From the NCBI GenBank assembly GCA_977016875.1, contig CDRNST010000250.1:992001-1056000 (forward strand): DNA of 64,000 nucleotides, read 5' to 3'. The stretch is from Pavona decussata (Eukaryota). Numbering within the stretch: the first letter of the stretch is position 1; each line of letters begins with the position of its first letter. A model generated the notes under the pieces. The model worked only from the letters and a program-made list of their open reading frames with translations. It was not told where the DNA came from and searched no databases. This document shows positions 1-10,399 of this stretch, piece by piece. The translations under genes were made by a program, and so were the position numbers.

Positions 1-432
1 GTGTATTGAATATTCACGCGTACGCGTGCCGAAGGACATCACAAATTAATTAATTTTTGGCTCGCGAATAAATTTGCCTGAAAAAAAAAACCCTTTAATT
101 AACTTTAAAGATCCAAGGCAATTCTGCGAGTGAACGGCTAATTAAAATAGTAAACTAAAACTTCGGAATAAATTTCATTCGGGGTCGAATGTTAGCGATA
201 CTCGATTCAATCGGGGCGAAGTTATTGAGGTAACAATCACACGAGACTTGAAATTCACTAGTTGATTATCTCGTTTAATTTAAATCTAAATCTTTAGTAT
301 ACATGTGTCGCTATATCATGATAAATCATTGTACTATGAGTCAAAGCTCAAAACTCATACATACAAATTAATGCAACGATAAAAACTTGAAGTTTCTAGA
401 AATATAACGCTTCTCGTATACTAAAATAGAGT

Positions 433-2187
433 TCAAGGTGCTGGTGCAACCAGGTCCTCCGTTCCAGGCTTGCAAAACGGCCTGATCTCACGGAATAGAT
501 ACTCCTTTCGTTCTTGGCTCAACCCTGCTGGATTCAGTTTGGCTGGCAGCTGTGAGGCAGGGGGAAGGACTGCGCGATCTTTCAATAGCATCAAAGACTG
601 TTCGGGAGATGAGTGAAGCTCTTTGAAATAAACTCTACCGGGTTCGTCTTTGGAAAACCGAAAGTGGTGGTATTTCTTGATATTTGGTACTCTTTTAAAG
701 AACCGTTCAAGAAAAGAAGACCAGTTATATACTGGGACGATAACTGTTCCATCATGTGTCCCAGCAAGCTGTACTTTGTTGATCCCCGTGCTTGATGACT
801 CTACCATATTAGCAAATTCATATACTGACGATATGTAGTTCAGTTTGTATGATTTCTTGATGATGCCAAAACAACGATCAGGACCAAATTTCGTATGTCC
901 AGCAATCAAAAATGAGTATCTAACAGAATGATGAAGTTGAAGTATTGTCCTCCAAGCCAAGTACCATATAAAATAATTGTTCTTGTTTTGACCTGAACAA
1001 TTATCGGCATTAAGATGAACAGAAGTTTCTCCAAGTCCATGATGTTCGAAGTAATGGTGCACGTAACTTATGGTGGTGTTTGCTCCCTTACCGACGTCAC
1101 TGGCTTCATCAATTAGGTAGTTTACCTGCCGAGGGATCGCCTCGCACATCACGCCAAAAATCGCACACTTACGCGGCGTTTTAAAGTAGATTGGCCCGGG
1201 TTGCATAGGGTTGCTTGGTATATGCACCTGTTGTGCAAAATCAAAGGAGTAGTGCATTGTAGTTGTCAGTGAGCACGATTCATGACGCTCATCAAGGTCT
1301 ATTGGGTCCTCGACTGCCTGAAAATTGCATTTCGCCTCTTCGCAAACCTTTCGATAAAGCTCTCTCTCTGTCTTCACTGAATTCAAATGCTCCTGTTGTG
1401 TTTGAACACATTCAGACTTTTCTTCTTCTGGAAGATTGCCTGCTCGAAGTAACTTGGAAGTGTTTTGCTGGCAGGTGAAGCATAAGTCGGTCATCGGTTT
1501 CGACACGACAACGTTTGGATAAAATTGTTTCCACAAGTCGGTAAATTTGGTGTAACTTACAGCTTGCTTGTTCGACTCTTCACAGGCTCTTTTAAACGAC
1601 TTCCATACATTCATTTTAGTGTCGCTCGATGAGAGTAGCTGAATGTCCTCGTTTTTAAAACCAGGGATCCTTCCTGGAAGCAGCACAGCATTTTCATCTG
1701 CATAGTTGCTCAGAAAGTTTTTGATATCCTCAGCAACGTCCAGTGGTACCGCGTTATGTGGTAGTCTCTTGCTGTTCCCGTGTATTCGCAGAGAAATACC
1801 ATGATTTTGATAATGGTCCACAAGCCTTTGAAACCGGGATTTGCTGATGCCGTAGAGGTTCAGAAACATCTCCTTGCAGATGGGTTGAGACCGATAAAGA
1901 AAGCTGTAAGGTGGACTTCTTTTTCTTTTTTCCCCGATTGCTTCAATCGCCGTAAAAGCTTGAATGTTTGCTAAGACAACCAAGTCCAGCTCCACGTGAG
2001 ACAGTTCCAGGCAGTTGTATAGATTGTCTAGAACGCTTTCCTCTGTCAGTTGATCGGAACACTGACTACTTTTCAATCCCCGCCGACATCCGCACCCATC
2101 TTGCATGAACTTTTGCACTTTGGCGATGATACTTTCCTTGTTTTCCGTTTGATTACAATCCATCTCGACTCTTGTTGATTCCTCCAT
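433..2187 (-). CDS. Sola-type (DUF7869-like) DDD transposase, uninterrupted 584-aa ORF
   Basis: Motifs CFTC, HYSFDFAQ, LNADNCSGQNKN and FLIAGHTKFGPDRCFG; N-terminal Cys cluster; no stops or frameshifts. Confidence 0.8.
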   Translation of the reverse strand: MEESTRVEMDCNQTENKESIIAKVQKFMQDGCGCRRGLKSSQCSDQLTEESVLDNLYNCLELSHVELDLVVLANIQAFTAIEAIGEKRKRSPPYSFLYRSQPICKEMFLNLYGISKSRFQRLVDHYQNHGISLRIHGNSKRLPHNAVPLDVAEDIKNFLSNYADENAVLLPGRIPGFKNEDIQLLSSSDTKMNVWKSFKRACEESNKQAVSYTKFTDLWKQFYPNVVVSKPMTDLCFTCQQNTSKLLRAGNLPEEEKSECVQTQQEHLNSVKTERELYRKVCEEAKCNFQAVEDPIDLDERHESCSLTTTMHYSFDFAQQVHIPSNPMQPGPIYFKTPRKCAIFGVMCEAIPRQVNYLIDEASDVGKGANTTISYVHHYFEHHGLGETSVHLNADNCSGQNKNNYFIWYLAWRTILQLHHSVRYSFLIAGHTKFGPDRCFGIIKKSYKLNYISSVYEFANMVESSSTGINKVQLAGTHDGTVIVPVYNWSSFLERFFKRVPNIKKYHHFRFSKDEPGRVYFKELHSSPEQSLMLLKDRAVLPPASQLPAKLNPAGLSQERKEYLFREIRPFCKPGTEDLVAPAP

Positions 2188-3064
2188 TTTGCGATTGTGT
2201 GATATATTAGCTGAGTTATCTGGCAGTTACCAAGGCAACGCATTTTCCATGAGAATCACTGAACCGAAAATTAATAGTGATTATGCAAAGTGAAAAATTT
2301 GCGGCTTTGTTCTACAATCGATAAGAACCTTGTAATCTATTTGCGTTGAGTTTTTATTTTGCATTACATTGCATCGCAAGATTTAATAACTTCGCATGCG
2401 AGTTGCTTTACCATGCCGCGCCGCGCCGCACAGACTGAATTCAAGCGGCAGAGAATTTCGAATCGATTCAAGCGAACTTTTTCTCACTGTGATTGAGCCG
2501 TCATAAGTGGAGCATTGATTCTTATAATTAATTTTCACTAACCAAACGCGATATACAGTCCAAGACTAAGTGCGACTCAACGCGGCGGACAAAAATAATG
2601 GCACCCACTTCTTTGTTAACTTAAAAAAATTGCTTGCACTCAAGGTAGCGAGAAATACTCGGCACATCGTAAAAATCGTCACTATAAATTGTCCCTGTTA
2701 GTTCCGAAGATACATGGTGGGGAAAGCGTCACCTGTGTTCGGAAACGAGATGTTTACAAAGTCAATTACGATTTATGAAAATGGTTGCATGACAATTATT
2801 TTAGCAAGAGAACGCAGACTATTTATACCGGCTGTTGTTTCTCCCCCGCAAAAACGAACGCAGAAGACTTATTATTTTCAAAACAGGATTAGATTTATTC
2901 TAGGTTTTCTATTCAATCAGTTTTCAGATAAGAGATCCATTTCAGAGATTATCTAAGCGGCGCCGCGTGTCGCGTTTATCTTAATTACTGCAATTTCGTT
3001 CGAACGTGTTGTTGATAGTAGCTGTAGTTGTTATTCAGCTGATGGCAGCGAGTCGTTCATTATG

Positions 3065-3560
3065 TAGCCATTTAGCCATTCAACTGTAATTTTCCAAAGC
3101 CGTTCAGCCGTTGGGCTTTTGTCGTTCAAAAAAATTGTTCAGCCGTTCAACCGTTTAACTTTGGCCTTATCGGTTGAAAACTTCAGCCGTTCAACCGTTC
3201 TAAATTTTCCTTTAGCCGTTCGAAATTTTTCTAAAGCCGTTCAGCCGTTCCACTTCAACCGTTCTAAATTTTCCTTTAGCCGTTCAGCCATTCGACTTCA
3301 ACCGTTCGAAATTTTTCTGAAGCCGTTCAGCCGTTCGACTTCAACCGTTCGAAATTTTCCTTTAGCCGTTCAGCCGTTAGACTTCAACCGTTCGAAATTT
3401 TCCTTTAGCCGTTCAGCCGTTAGACTTCAACCGTTCGAAATTTTTCTGAAGCCGTTCAGCCGTTCACGGCATCCGTTTTAAACGGCTTCTCTATCCGTTT
3501 GTCATCCGTTCGCATACCGTGCGTTCGACCGTTCGAACGGATACCGTAAGGAACGTTTTC
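3065..3560. repeat. Subterminal array of (A/G)CCGTT(C) motifs in ~40-bp higher-order units
   Basis: Repeated tagccgttcagccgtt..acttcaaccgttcgaaattt units. Confidence 0.9.
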
Positions 3561-3848
3561 GCGTGAGAGGTCACACATTTAAGTTTTAGAAAACGTAAGC
3601 TGGGTATCGTTCGCTCTGAAATATTCCTTTAGCCGTTCAGCCGTTAGACTTCAACCGTTCGAAATTTTTCTGAAGCCGTTCAGCCGTTCACGGCATCCGT
3701 TTTAAACGGCTTCTCTATCCGTTTGTCATCCGTTCGCATACCGTGCGTTCGACCGTTCGAACGGATACCGTAAGGAACGTTTTCGCGTGAGAGGTCACAC
3801 ATTTAAGTTTTAGAAAACGTAAGCTGGGTATCGTTCGCTCTGAAATAT
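3401..3848. repeat. 224-bp perfect tandem duplication (3401-3624 / 3625-3848)
   Basis: Direct comparison of the two copies; includes the element terminus and ~50 bp of flank. Confidence 0.9.
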
Positions 3849-4062
3849 ACCCTAAGTCGGTGCAGTACAGATATGAAAGATTTGACTTGCTAAACACTGG
3901 CGCTTGCCACGCTTGTTCTTCCAACACGTCTGTGTTGAAATGATGTGACCACGTGATCACAACACTTTGATAATATAGTTGACCGCAAAGCGTCTATGGA
4001 TAGGTGAAATCTCCTCCTTTGTGAAAGATGTATCTTTGTTTTTAGCTTGATACGAGGCCTTA

Positions 4063-4389
4063 TTGGGCTTGATTCACAAAGAATTAAATGAAGTATGTCA
4101 ACACTGGTATAGTCATTACATTAGAAAATTAAGGCACATTACTGTTGCTGGTAGACCAGACGAACTCTATTTCCTGCCAAAGTGTGTTGATGCAGAAAAC
4201 CAATTGCAGGCTGTAGGGAGTGATCAGTTTCAAAATGTGCTTCATTACTGTCATGACTACCAAGAGGAATATCTATACCAGGACTACTTCCAAACCATAG
4301 CATCTTTAAGTCAAGTTAGGGATCCAAATAATTGGCAAGAGGCACTGGACTTATATAGGCTGCTTTTAGCTGTAGCACTGTGGTACTGA
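4063..4389 (+). pseudogene. C-terminal fragment of an IS481/IS3-like (integrase-core) eukaryotic transposase
   Basis: LIHKELNEVCQHWYSHYIR...GRPDELYFLP matches the ELxxxxxxWNxHxIR...GxPxxLY motif; N-terminus missing. Confidence 0.6.
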
Positions 4390-4499
4390 TTGTCCCTTTC
4401 CAAGTAGCCAGATCACTTCTGAGTAATTAAAGGGTTTAATGAATAAAGTCAAGGGTTTAATGACCAAAGAAACGGCACTGTCCGCCATCTTGAAGTTGT

Positions 4500-4792
4500 T
4501 TACAGTATGTTCCAATCTAGTCTTGCTCATTCAGTCATCAGGTATGAACACTTGTTTTAGTAAAACGTTTCAAACGTTATCAACTTAAACATGATTCGGC
4601 CTAGTGTGAATGCGGTCTTTGACTTATGCACAAATGATATTGATGGGGCTGGATCAAAGCCAGTAACAGGAATTCGTGCCGCCCCTGTGCAAAACATGAG
4701 TAGATGATTGGGTGTGATGGTTGGAATAAACTTAATCTCTTCTTCTGTCAGGTCTGAAAAGCTTTCTTGTAACACTTCCAGAATTGTTCCAT
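4500..4792 (-). pseudogene. HECT-domain (G2E3-like) C-terminal exon fragment
   Basis: LLMFCTGAARIPVTGFDPAPSISFVH, then a frameshifted AESC at the catalytic Cys position; splice acceptor-like TTTTCTAG upstream. Confidence 0.6.
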
Positions 4793-5519
4793 CTAGAAAA
4801 GAAAAAGTAAAAAAACATTTGTAAGCAAAGTGGTATTCATAACTATTTTTCTCTCAATTATTAAACAATAGTATTAAACTCAGCACTCACTGTCAATGAG
4901 TAAAATTAAGGGGACAGTTGTTTGCCATCTGGTAAAAAATACATTGTACTGTGTTAACGTTTTTACCACGCCTTTTAACCCCTTATTACCTGAATTAATT
5001 TGACAAATTCATATGTATTTTTGATCCTTTTAATTGGGGAAATTCCTTTTCATTGTTTGAAGTATAGCCTATCAATACATATACATTTTCTGAAAGCTCA
5101 AATGATACGGAATACATAGATGTAAAAAATTTTGGCTTGTCGGCATTCTGGTCGGTATAATGATTGACAGAATGTTTGCATAAATTAAATTTTTTTTTAA
5201 GAAAATAAATTAAATTTGAATTTCACTGTCCCTTGAAGCAATGAATTGGATTGAAAAGTACCTTTCCTGCTATTGAAGTAATCTTATTATATACAGGGAA
5301 GAGATTAAGGCAAAGTTCAAGTGAATCTATCAGATATTTCCCTCTCAAATCAGTTTTTTCTTGGACCTGGTATGGCAGCCAATTTGAATGGTGGCCATCT
5401 TGAATTTTAGTTGGGACAGGTTTATTTATCACAAAGACTAAATATTGTTCTAATTTTTACTTCAACCTTAATACTTATTAAAAATACACAGTAAAATCAA
5501 TTATAAAGTCAACCTTTGG

Positions 5520-5661
5520 CTAATAGTTATGCTTTGTGTGGTAGATCCGGAAACAGTCTCCCTCACACAAGAAGACCTCACAGCGTTCGCAATAGTTTGC
5601 TGTCTTTGTGTCTTTGTACTTTCCATTGGGTTTCTTCTCCTCGGCACACACTTTGCACCTC
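5520..5661 (-). CDS. piggyBac transposase C-terminal cysteine-rich domain, detached by the insertion
   Basis: RCKVC...YCERCEVFLCEGDCFRIYH; joins in frame to ...NARGR once the insert and one TSD copy are removed. Confidence 0.9.
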
Positions 5662-5857
5662 AGTAGATAGGAATTAGGGGTTGAGCGTACGGGAGGTAAG
5701 GGAGGTATGACGTCACAATAGCCCAGGAGGGTGACGTCATCTGAAAACAATGGTATAACGGGAGGTTAGGGAGGTAGAACGTCACAATAGCCCCCGGGTT
5801 GGCATCATCAAAAAGCGATGACATCATCTAAAAATAGTATAGTGACATCATTGGGGT
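5662..5857 (+). repeat. Left TIR of the Polinton-like element
   Basis: Reverse complement of 12810-13005 with about 6 mismatches by eye. Confidence 0.93.
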
Positions 5858-5861
5858 CGGG

Positions 5862-6961
5862 ATGTTATCTACATATTGTCAACAACTTAAAATTGATCTG
5901 GAGTTAAAAGAAGCCCCCGTTGAAAAATTGGTTCCCAACTTGGGAGACAAGAAGAACTACATTTTACACTATCAAAATTTAAAACTGTGCCTAGAACTTG
6001 GTATGAAGTTGTGTGAAGTCCACCGTGTTTTAGCTTTTAACCAGGCTCCATGGTTGAGTAATTACATCGCTCTTAACACAGAAAAGCATAAACATGCTGC
6101 AAACGAATTCGAGAAAGATTTTTTCAAGCTAATAAACAATGCGGTCTTTGGTAAGACCATGGAGAATCTACGTAATAGAGTGAACATTGAATTGGTGACA
6201 AGGGATAAACGACTGCAGAAGTTAACAAAGGCACCTTCGTTTGATCATTTCAAGATCTTCACCCCCGACATCGCAGCTGTTAAAAGACGAAAGCTTACCC
6301 TGTGTTTGAACCGTCCAATTTTTGCAGGTTTTACCATCTTGGAATTATCAAAAGTTCTGATGTACTCATTTCACTACAAATATGTGAAGGAGAAGTATGG
6401 TTCTCGAGCGAAACTACTGTTTACAGATACAGACTCTCTTTGTTATGAGATTACAACACAAGATCTCTATCAAGACCTACTTGTAACATGCACTTGTTTG
6501 ACTTTGCTGATTACCCAAGAGATCACTTCTTACACAACACTACTAACAAGAAGGTTTTGGGCAAAATGAAAGATGAGTCCAATGGAGTAACCATCCAGGA
6601 ATTCGTTGGTCTTCGACCCAAAATGTATTCACTTCTTTATACAGAAACCAACAAAACAGTTGAAAAGAAGGTAGCTAAGGGCGTTGCAAAACATATAACT
6701 AAACGAGAGATTAGACATGAGTTCTACAAACAATGTTTATTTAATCAAGGACAAGAAATAGTCTCGATGAGGCAACTTCGTAGTTACAATCATAATATTT
6801 TTTCGATCAATCTCAATAAAGTTGGGTTAAGTCCATTCAATAATAAAAGATATATTTTAAATAATGGTTTTGATAGCATTGCATATAGACATTATACAAT
6901 AAGAAACAATAATTTAGAGCAACATGACCACGAACTGATTGAATTATTAGTAGATTTGTAA
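5862..6961 (+). pseudogene. Protein-primed family B DNA polymerase, C-terminal part, 5'-deleted, frameshift near 6485
   Basis: KLVPNL, motif B KLINNAVFGK, motif C FTDTDS, LGKMKDE, LRPKMYS, KVAKGV. Confidence 0.92.
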
Positions 6962-7259
6962 ATTAGTTTATTGAATTAAGGTTCCGGAGTTGAAACATCT
7001 ATTTTTTCTTACTTTGGTTTGATATCGTTGCAAGATTAGAAAATATAACCAGTTGGCTTCAAATCTCATTACTTGTCTCTCGTCAACGTGTCGATAATGT
7101 AAGGAAAAATAAGATGTGGATCACTCCTGGGGTTTATGCAATCACATGTGATAGTAATTAACGACTATGTTAATAAAACGAAGCAATGGAATGAAAAGGC
7201 AGTGTCTTTGTGTTCCTGATATCACAGTCTTCTAAACAAAACTTCTATCTTAGCACTCT

Positions 7260-7946
7260 TTACAACTCTGTCGAGCGTGCAAAAATCACTTCATCTTCAC
7301 TTTCTGTGTCTCCAATGTCTATTTGAAGTGGTGATAATTCAATTTCCACATGCTGTGGTAACTGTCTAGACAACCTTGACTTAAACCATTGGGTGATTGA
7401 TCTAAGTAAAATTATGCTCGCTGGAAAAACAGTAACGTACCAATTATTGTATAGATGTACAGTATTGCGCGATCATAATCTCCCATTTTCATGATCTGTT
7501 TGTGATCTGAAGTATTCGGGGTTTGATTTCTTCCAGTGCTTGAAGTATAAGTCAGATGATTTTGGTGATGGGTGGGCGGCTTTGTCGAGAAGACGGTTGT
7601 AGTAATCTTTGCGGTGGTACTGGTATAATTACAATCGGCGATTATTGTAATTGGCTTGGGGCTGTAAAAATCTTTTATGTCATGACACAAAGTCGTTAGC
7701 TCGAAGATCTATACTAATGAGTTGTGGTAATAGATCTAACAAAGCGGAGATATTAATGCGACGTAAATTGTTATCTCGCAGTAGAATTGAAGTGTAGTTC
7801 TCAATCCTTGTCTGTGAATCTGGTATGGATGACCAACCAACGTTTGTGCAGTCAATAACCTTGAAATATTCGAGGCAGTGACACTTCTCCAGGCAAGCAT
7901 TTGTACTGCATAGAATAGCTAGCAGAATGAGAATGGAGAAAGACAT
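7260..7946 (-). pseudogene. LRR type-I membrane protein cargo gene with two frameshifts
   Basis: Signal peptide, LRRNT CLEKCHC..IDC, LRRs LLRDNNL and IDLRAN, Thr-rich stalk, hydrophobic segment, acidic tail ending STEL*. Confidence 0.7.
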
Positions 7947-8226
7947 CTTGTATTCTGAAAAGTGTTTGGGAAATTGGAGATTTCCTTTATTGAGAATTAT
8001 TAACTAAACTAGTATTTTATCAAAGATTTTAATTTCGATAAGAAAAAAACTTTCGGAAGGTACTCAAGTGTATCTCGAGTGAAACGCGCGTAATATCCAC
8101 GAGAGCTCTCAGGAAAAAACACACCACAATATTTTACCCTTTATGCCCCCAAAGCCCTCTAAGCCCGATAAATTGCATGTTTTAAATCATTTTCGTCAGT
8201 TTTAATCAACCTTCCTTAGGGGTAAC

Positions 8227-8427
8227 ATGAAGAGACTAAAATGTAAACATTGTCCCATTCCTGGCTGTGGGTCCAAATTTTTAGTAAGATTAGCAAATCA
8301 TTTAAGTCAGGTACACGAGTTAACCGAGATGGAACGCAAGTATTGGTTACAATTTTCGAAACTACAAAACACCAAGATGGTCCGTGTTTACGAGAAAGAG
8401 GGTGAACCTAGAACCATTTTTCTATAA
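8227..8427 (+). CDS. Small C2H2 zinc-finger protein
   Basis: HCPIPGC...LANHLSQVH. Confidence 0.6.
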   Translation: MKRLKCKHCPIPGCGSKFLVRLANHLSQVHELTEMERKYWLQFSKLQNTKMVRVYEKEGEPRTIFL

Positions 8428-8437
8428 ATAAGAGTGC

Positions 8438-9094
8438 ATGCAGTTTAATCAATCATTTAGAAATATGGACCCAAGACTGAAACATCCGTTTCCCGCTTTA
8501 GTAGCCGGTCCAACCTGCTGTGGAAAAAGTCAGTTTGTTAAACGTTTACTAGAATCGGGTGAAGACATGATTAAAGGTGCTCCTGAGAATATCATATGGT
8601 GTTATGGAATTTATCAACCAGCCTACGATGAAATGCTCAAAACTATTGCAAATATTACGAATATCGAAGGAGTGCCTGATGATTTAGAATCCATGATTAA
8701 TCCCTCTGTTCGGAATCTTGTGGTCCTCGATGATTTGATGCACGAATTGAGTAACGACCAGCGAATCACCAGTTTGTTTACTAAAGGCTGTCATCATCGA
8801 AACCTCAGTGTTATCTTTATTTTGCAAATCATCTTTCACCGTGGAAAAGAATTGAGAGATATGAGTTTGAACTGTCATTATTTGGTTTTGTTCAAGTCTC
8901 CGAGAGAGAGCAGTCGAGTTACTCACTTGGCAAAGCAGATCTTCCCCGGCCATATAAATTATATGCGTGAATCATTTCAAGACGCTACTGACGAAGCTTA
9001 TGGTTACTTGTTTTGTGACCTTAAAGCACAAACACCGAAGGACTTCCGGTTGAGAACCAACATTTTCCCCGGGAGACTCAGATTGCTTATTTAA
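8438..9094 (+). CDS. Polinton packaging ATPase (A32/FtsK-HerA-like); start probably MDPRL near 8465; C-terminus probably frameshifted
   Basis: Walker A GPTCCGKS, Walker B LVVLDD, FTKGCHHRN, YGYLFCDL. Confidence 0.9.
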   Translation: MQFNQSFRNMDPRLKHPFPALVAGPTCCGKSQFVKRLLESGEDMIKGAPENIIWCYGIYQPAYDEMLKTIANITNIEGVPDDLESMINPSVRNLVVLDDLMHELSNDQRITSLFTKGCHHRNLSVIFILQIIFHRGKELRDMSLNCHYLVLFKSPRESSRVTHLAKQIFPGHINYMRESFQDATDEAYGYLFCDLKAQTPKDFRLRTNIFPGRLRLLI

Positions 9095-9141
9095 AAAAAG
9101 TATAAAAAGACTGCATCATAGTGATAGAACATCAGTTGAGC

Positions 9142-9357
9142 ATGGCTCAGCGTCTGAGAAAGAACCACAATTTTCTGAAACTCCTTGCCAAGTGTACACC
9201 AGCTCAGCGGAAAGTGATTCTAAAAGTTGCCAACAATTGTTTAGTGAGAAGCATTTGTGAGTGCGTGTTAAACGTGCTTAAAGAGACTGTGCCTGTCAGC
9301 AAATCAATCAAGAGGAAGCTTCTAGCCCACAAGGTGATGAAAGGTGATGAGAGGTGA
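9142..9357 (+). pseudogene. Conserved small Polinton protein that follows the ATPase, 3'-truncated
   Basis: MAQRLRKNHNFLKLLAK...ICECVLNVL pattern; TATA+CAGT upstream. Confidence 0.6.
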
Positions 9358-9359
9358 TG

Positions 9360-9780
9360 AAAAGCGTTCCTTAGGTTTACAAGACGGGAGCAAGAGAACT
9401 GTTGGATAAAAGTAAAGAGAATTGGGGTGTCTTACATTGGAACGAAAAAGGGGAACTCATGTACGAAAACAAACCGATATCTGGTTCTCACATGGTAGAC
9501 TTAATTAACGATTTTTTGCGTCAGTGAAAAGGATTTGAACCGGTCGGATGGTCAGTTTTTGCGAGAGGACTGGCACGAATAAACATTCCAGAAAACCTAG
9601 TACGAAATCTCCTGAAGCAGAGCGCTATCCGAGAATTCAAAAGGAGAGTTAGGGAAGCAACTCCAGATAGTCCCTCTCGTTGGCTTCCTACGCCACCTTC
9701 CACCTCCTCCCCCGTGAAAAAGCAAAGGAGAGGAATGGCGAGCCCACGCCCTCTAGTTGTTCGCTGGTTACGATTATAGA
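9360..9780 (+). pseudogene. C-terminal remnant of a conserved Polinton (PZ-like) protein
   Basis: WNEKGELMYENKPISGSHMVDLI...PVGWSVFARGLARINIPENLVRN with internal stops. Confidence 0.55.
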
Positions 9781-9872
9781 TCATGACAACAGACATTTTT
9801 TTTTTCAATGTAAATCACTTTCTTTATTTTAGTCACTCAATAAAATACGTTAAACGTAATTACATGGTGTAT

Positions 9873-10382
9873 TTAATGAACTTGATGCTGTGCTTTCACT
9901 CCTTGTGTGTTTACATGGGTATATTTTTGTAGACTTAGAGGGAAATATTTTTCAATAAAGCGCTTAACAAGAAAATCATTTCGTCGTTTATTTTGAGAAA
10001 ATCGATGTACAATGGTGCTCATACTATTATTACAACAGCGGAAAAAAGCATAATACAAACAGTAATGACCGCATACTTTAGAGTTAATACTTTGCAATGT
10101 CACAGAGTTAAAGGTCCAGCTATTAGAGTTGTTGTTCAAAAAAGGAGTAAATGTTCTTGAATAACTGCTTGGAGGTTGCCCATAGGAATCGAAATATTCT
10201 CCCTCTCGATCTTTCGTGAAATAAAACGCAACCCAATGAGATCCGGGCTTGTCACTGGTATCCACATTGGCAATAAACAGGGCTGGGTATGACAAAACAT
10301 TCATCCGCGGGTACACTCCTTGAAACACGCCACGTGTATATTTATTGTTCTTCAAAATTACCGCTAACTGAATGGTGTTCAT
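9873..10382 (-). CDS. Adenain-like cysteine maturation protease
   Basis: GSHWVAFY (His), YFDSYG (Asp), LQS...VCGHYC (Gln, Cys). Confidence 0.92.
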   Translation of the reverse strand: MNTIQLAVILKNNKYTRGVFQGVYPRMNVLSYPALFIANVDTSDKPGSHWVAFYFTKDREGEYFDSYGQPPSSYSRTFTPFLNNNSNSWTFNSVTLQSINSKVCGHYCLYYAFFRCCNNSMSTIVHRFSQNKRRNDFLVKRFIEKYFPLSLQKYTHVNTQGVKAQHQVH

Positions 10383-10399
10383 TCTAAGATTTCATTCGC

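Larger units (their letters stand above)
1..3574 (-). mobile_element. Probable autonomous Sola-type DNA transposon; other end lies left of the window
   Basis: Transposase ORF, upstream CCGTT array and terminus ...GTTTTCGCGTGAGAGGTCAC|ACAT resembling the GTGACC TIR of the 18055-20532 element; linkage of ORF and terminus is inferred. Confidence 0.55.

Noticed and set aside
3119-3481. 120-aa repetitive ORF
   Set aside because: Translation of the CCGTT array; no start context or domain.
3065-3848. CRISPR-like array
   Set aside because: No unique spacers and no cas genes; eukaryotic transposon subterminal repeats.
5662-5750. N-terminal half of the predicted ORF 5520-5750, and ORF 12840-13133
   Set aside because: Read-through of Polinton TIR sequence; only 5520-5661 is true piggyBac coding.
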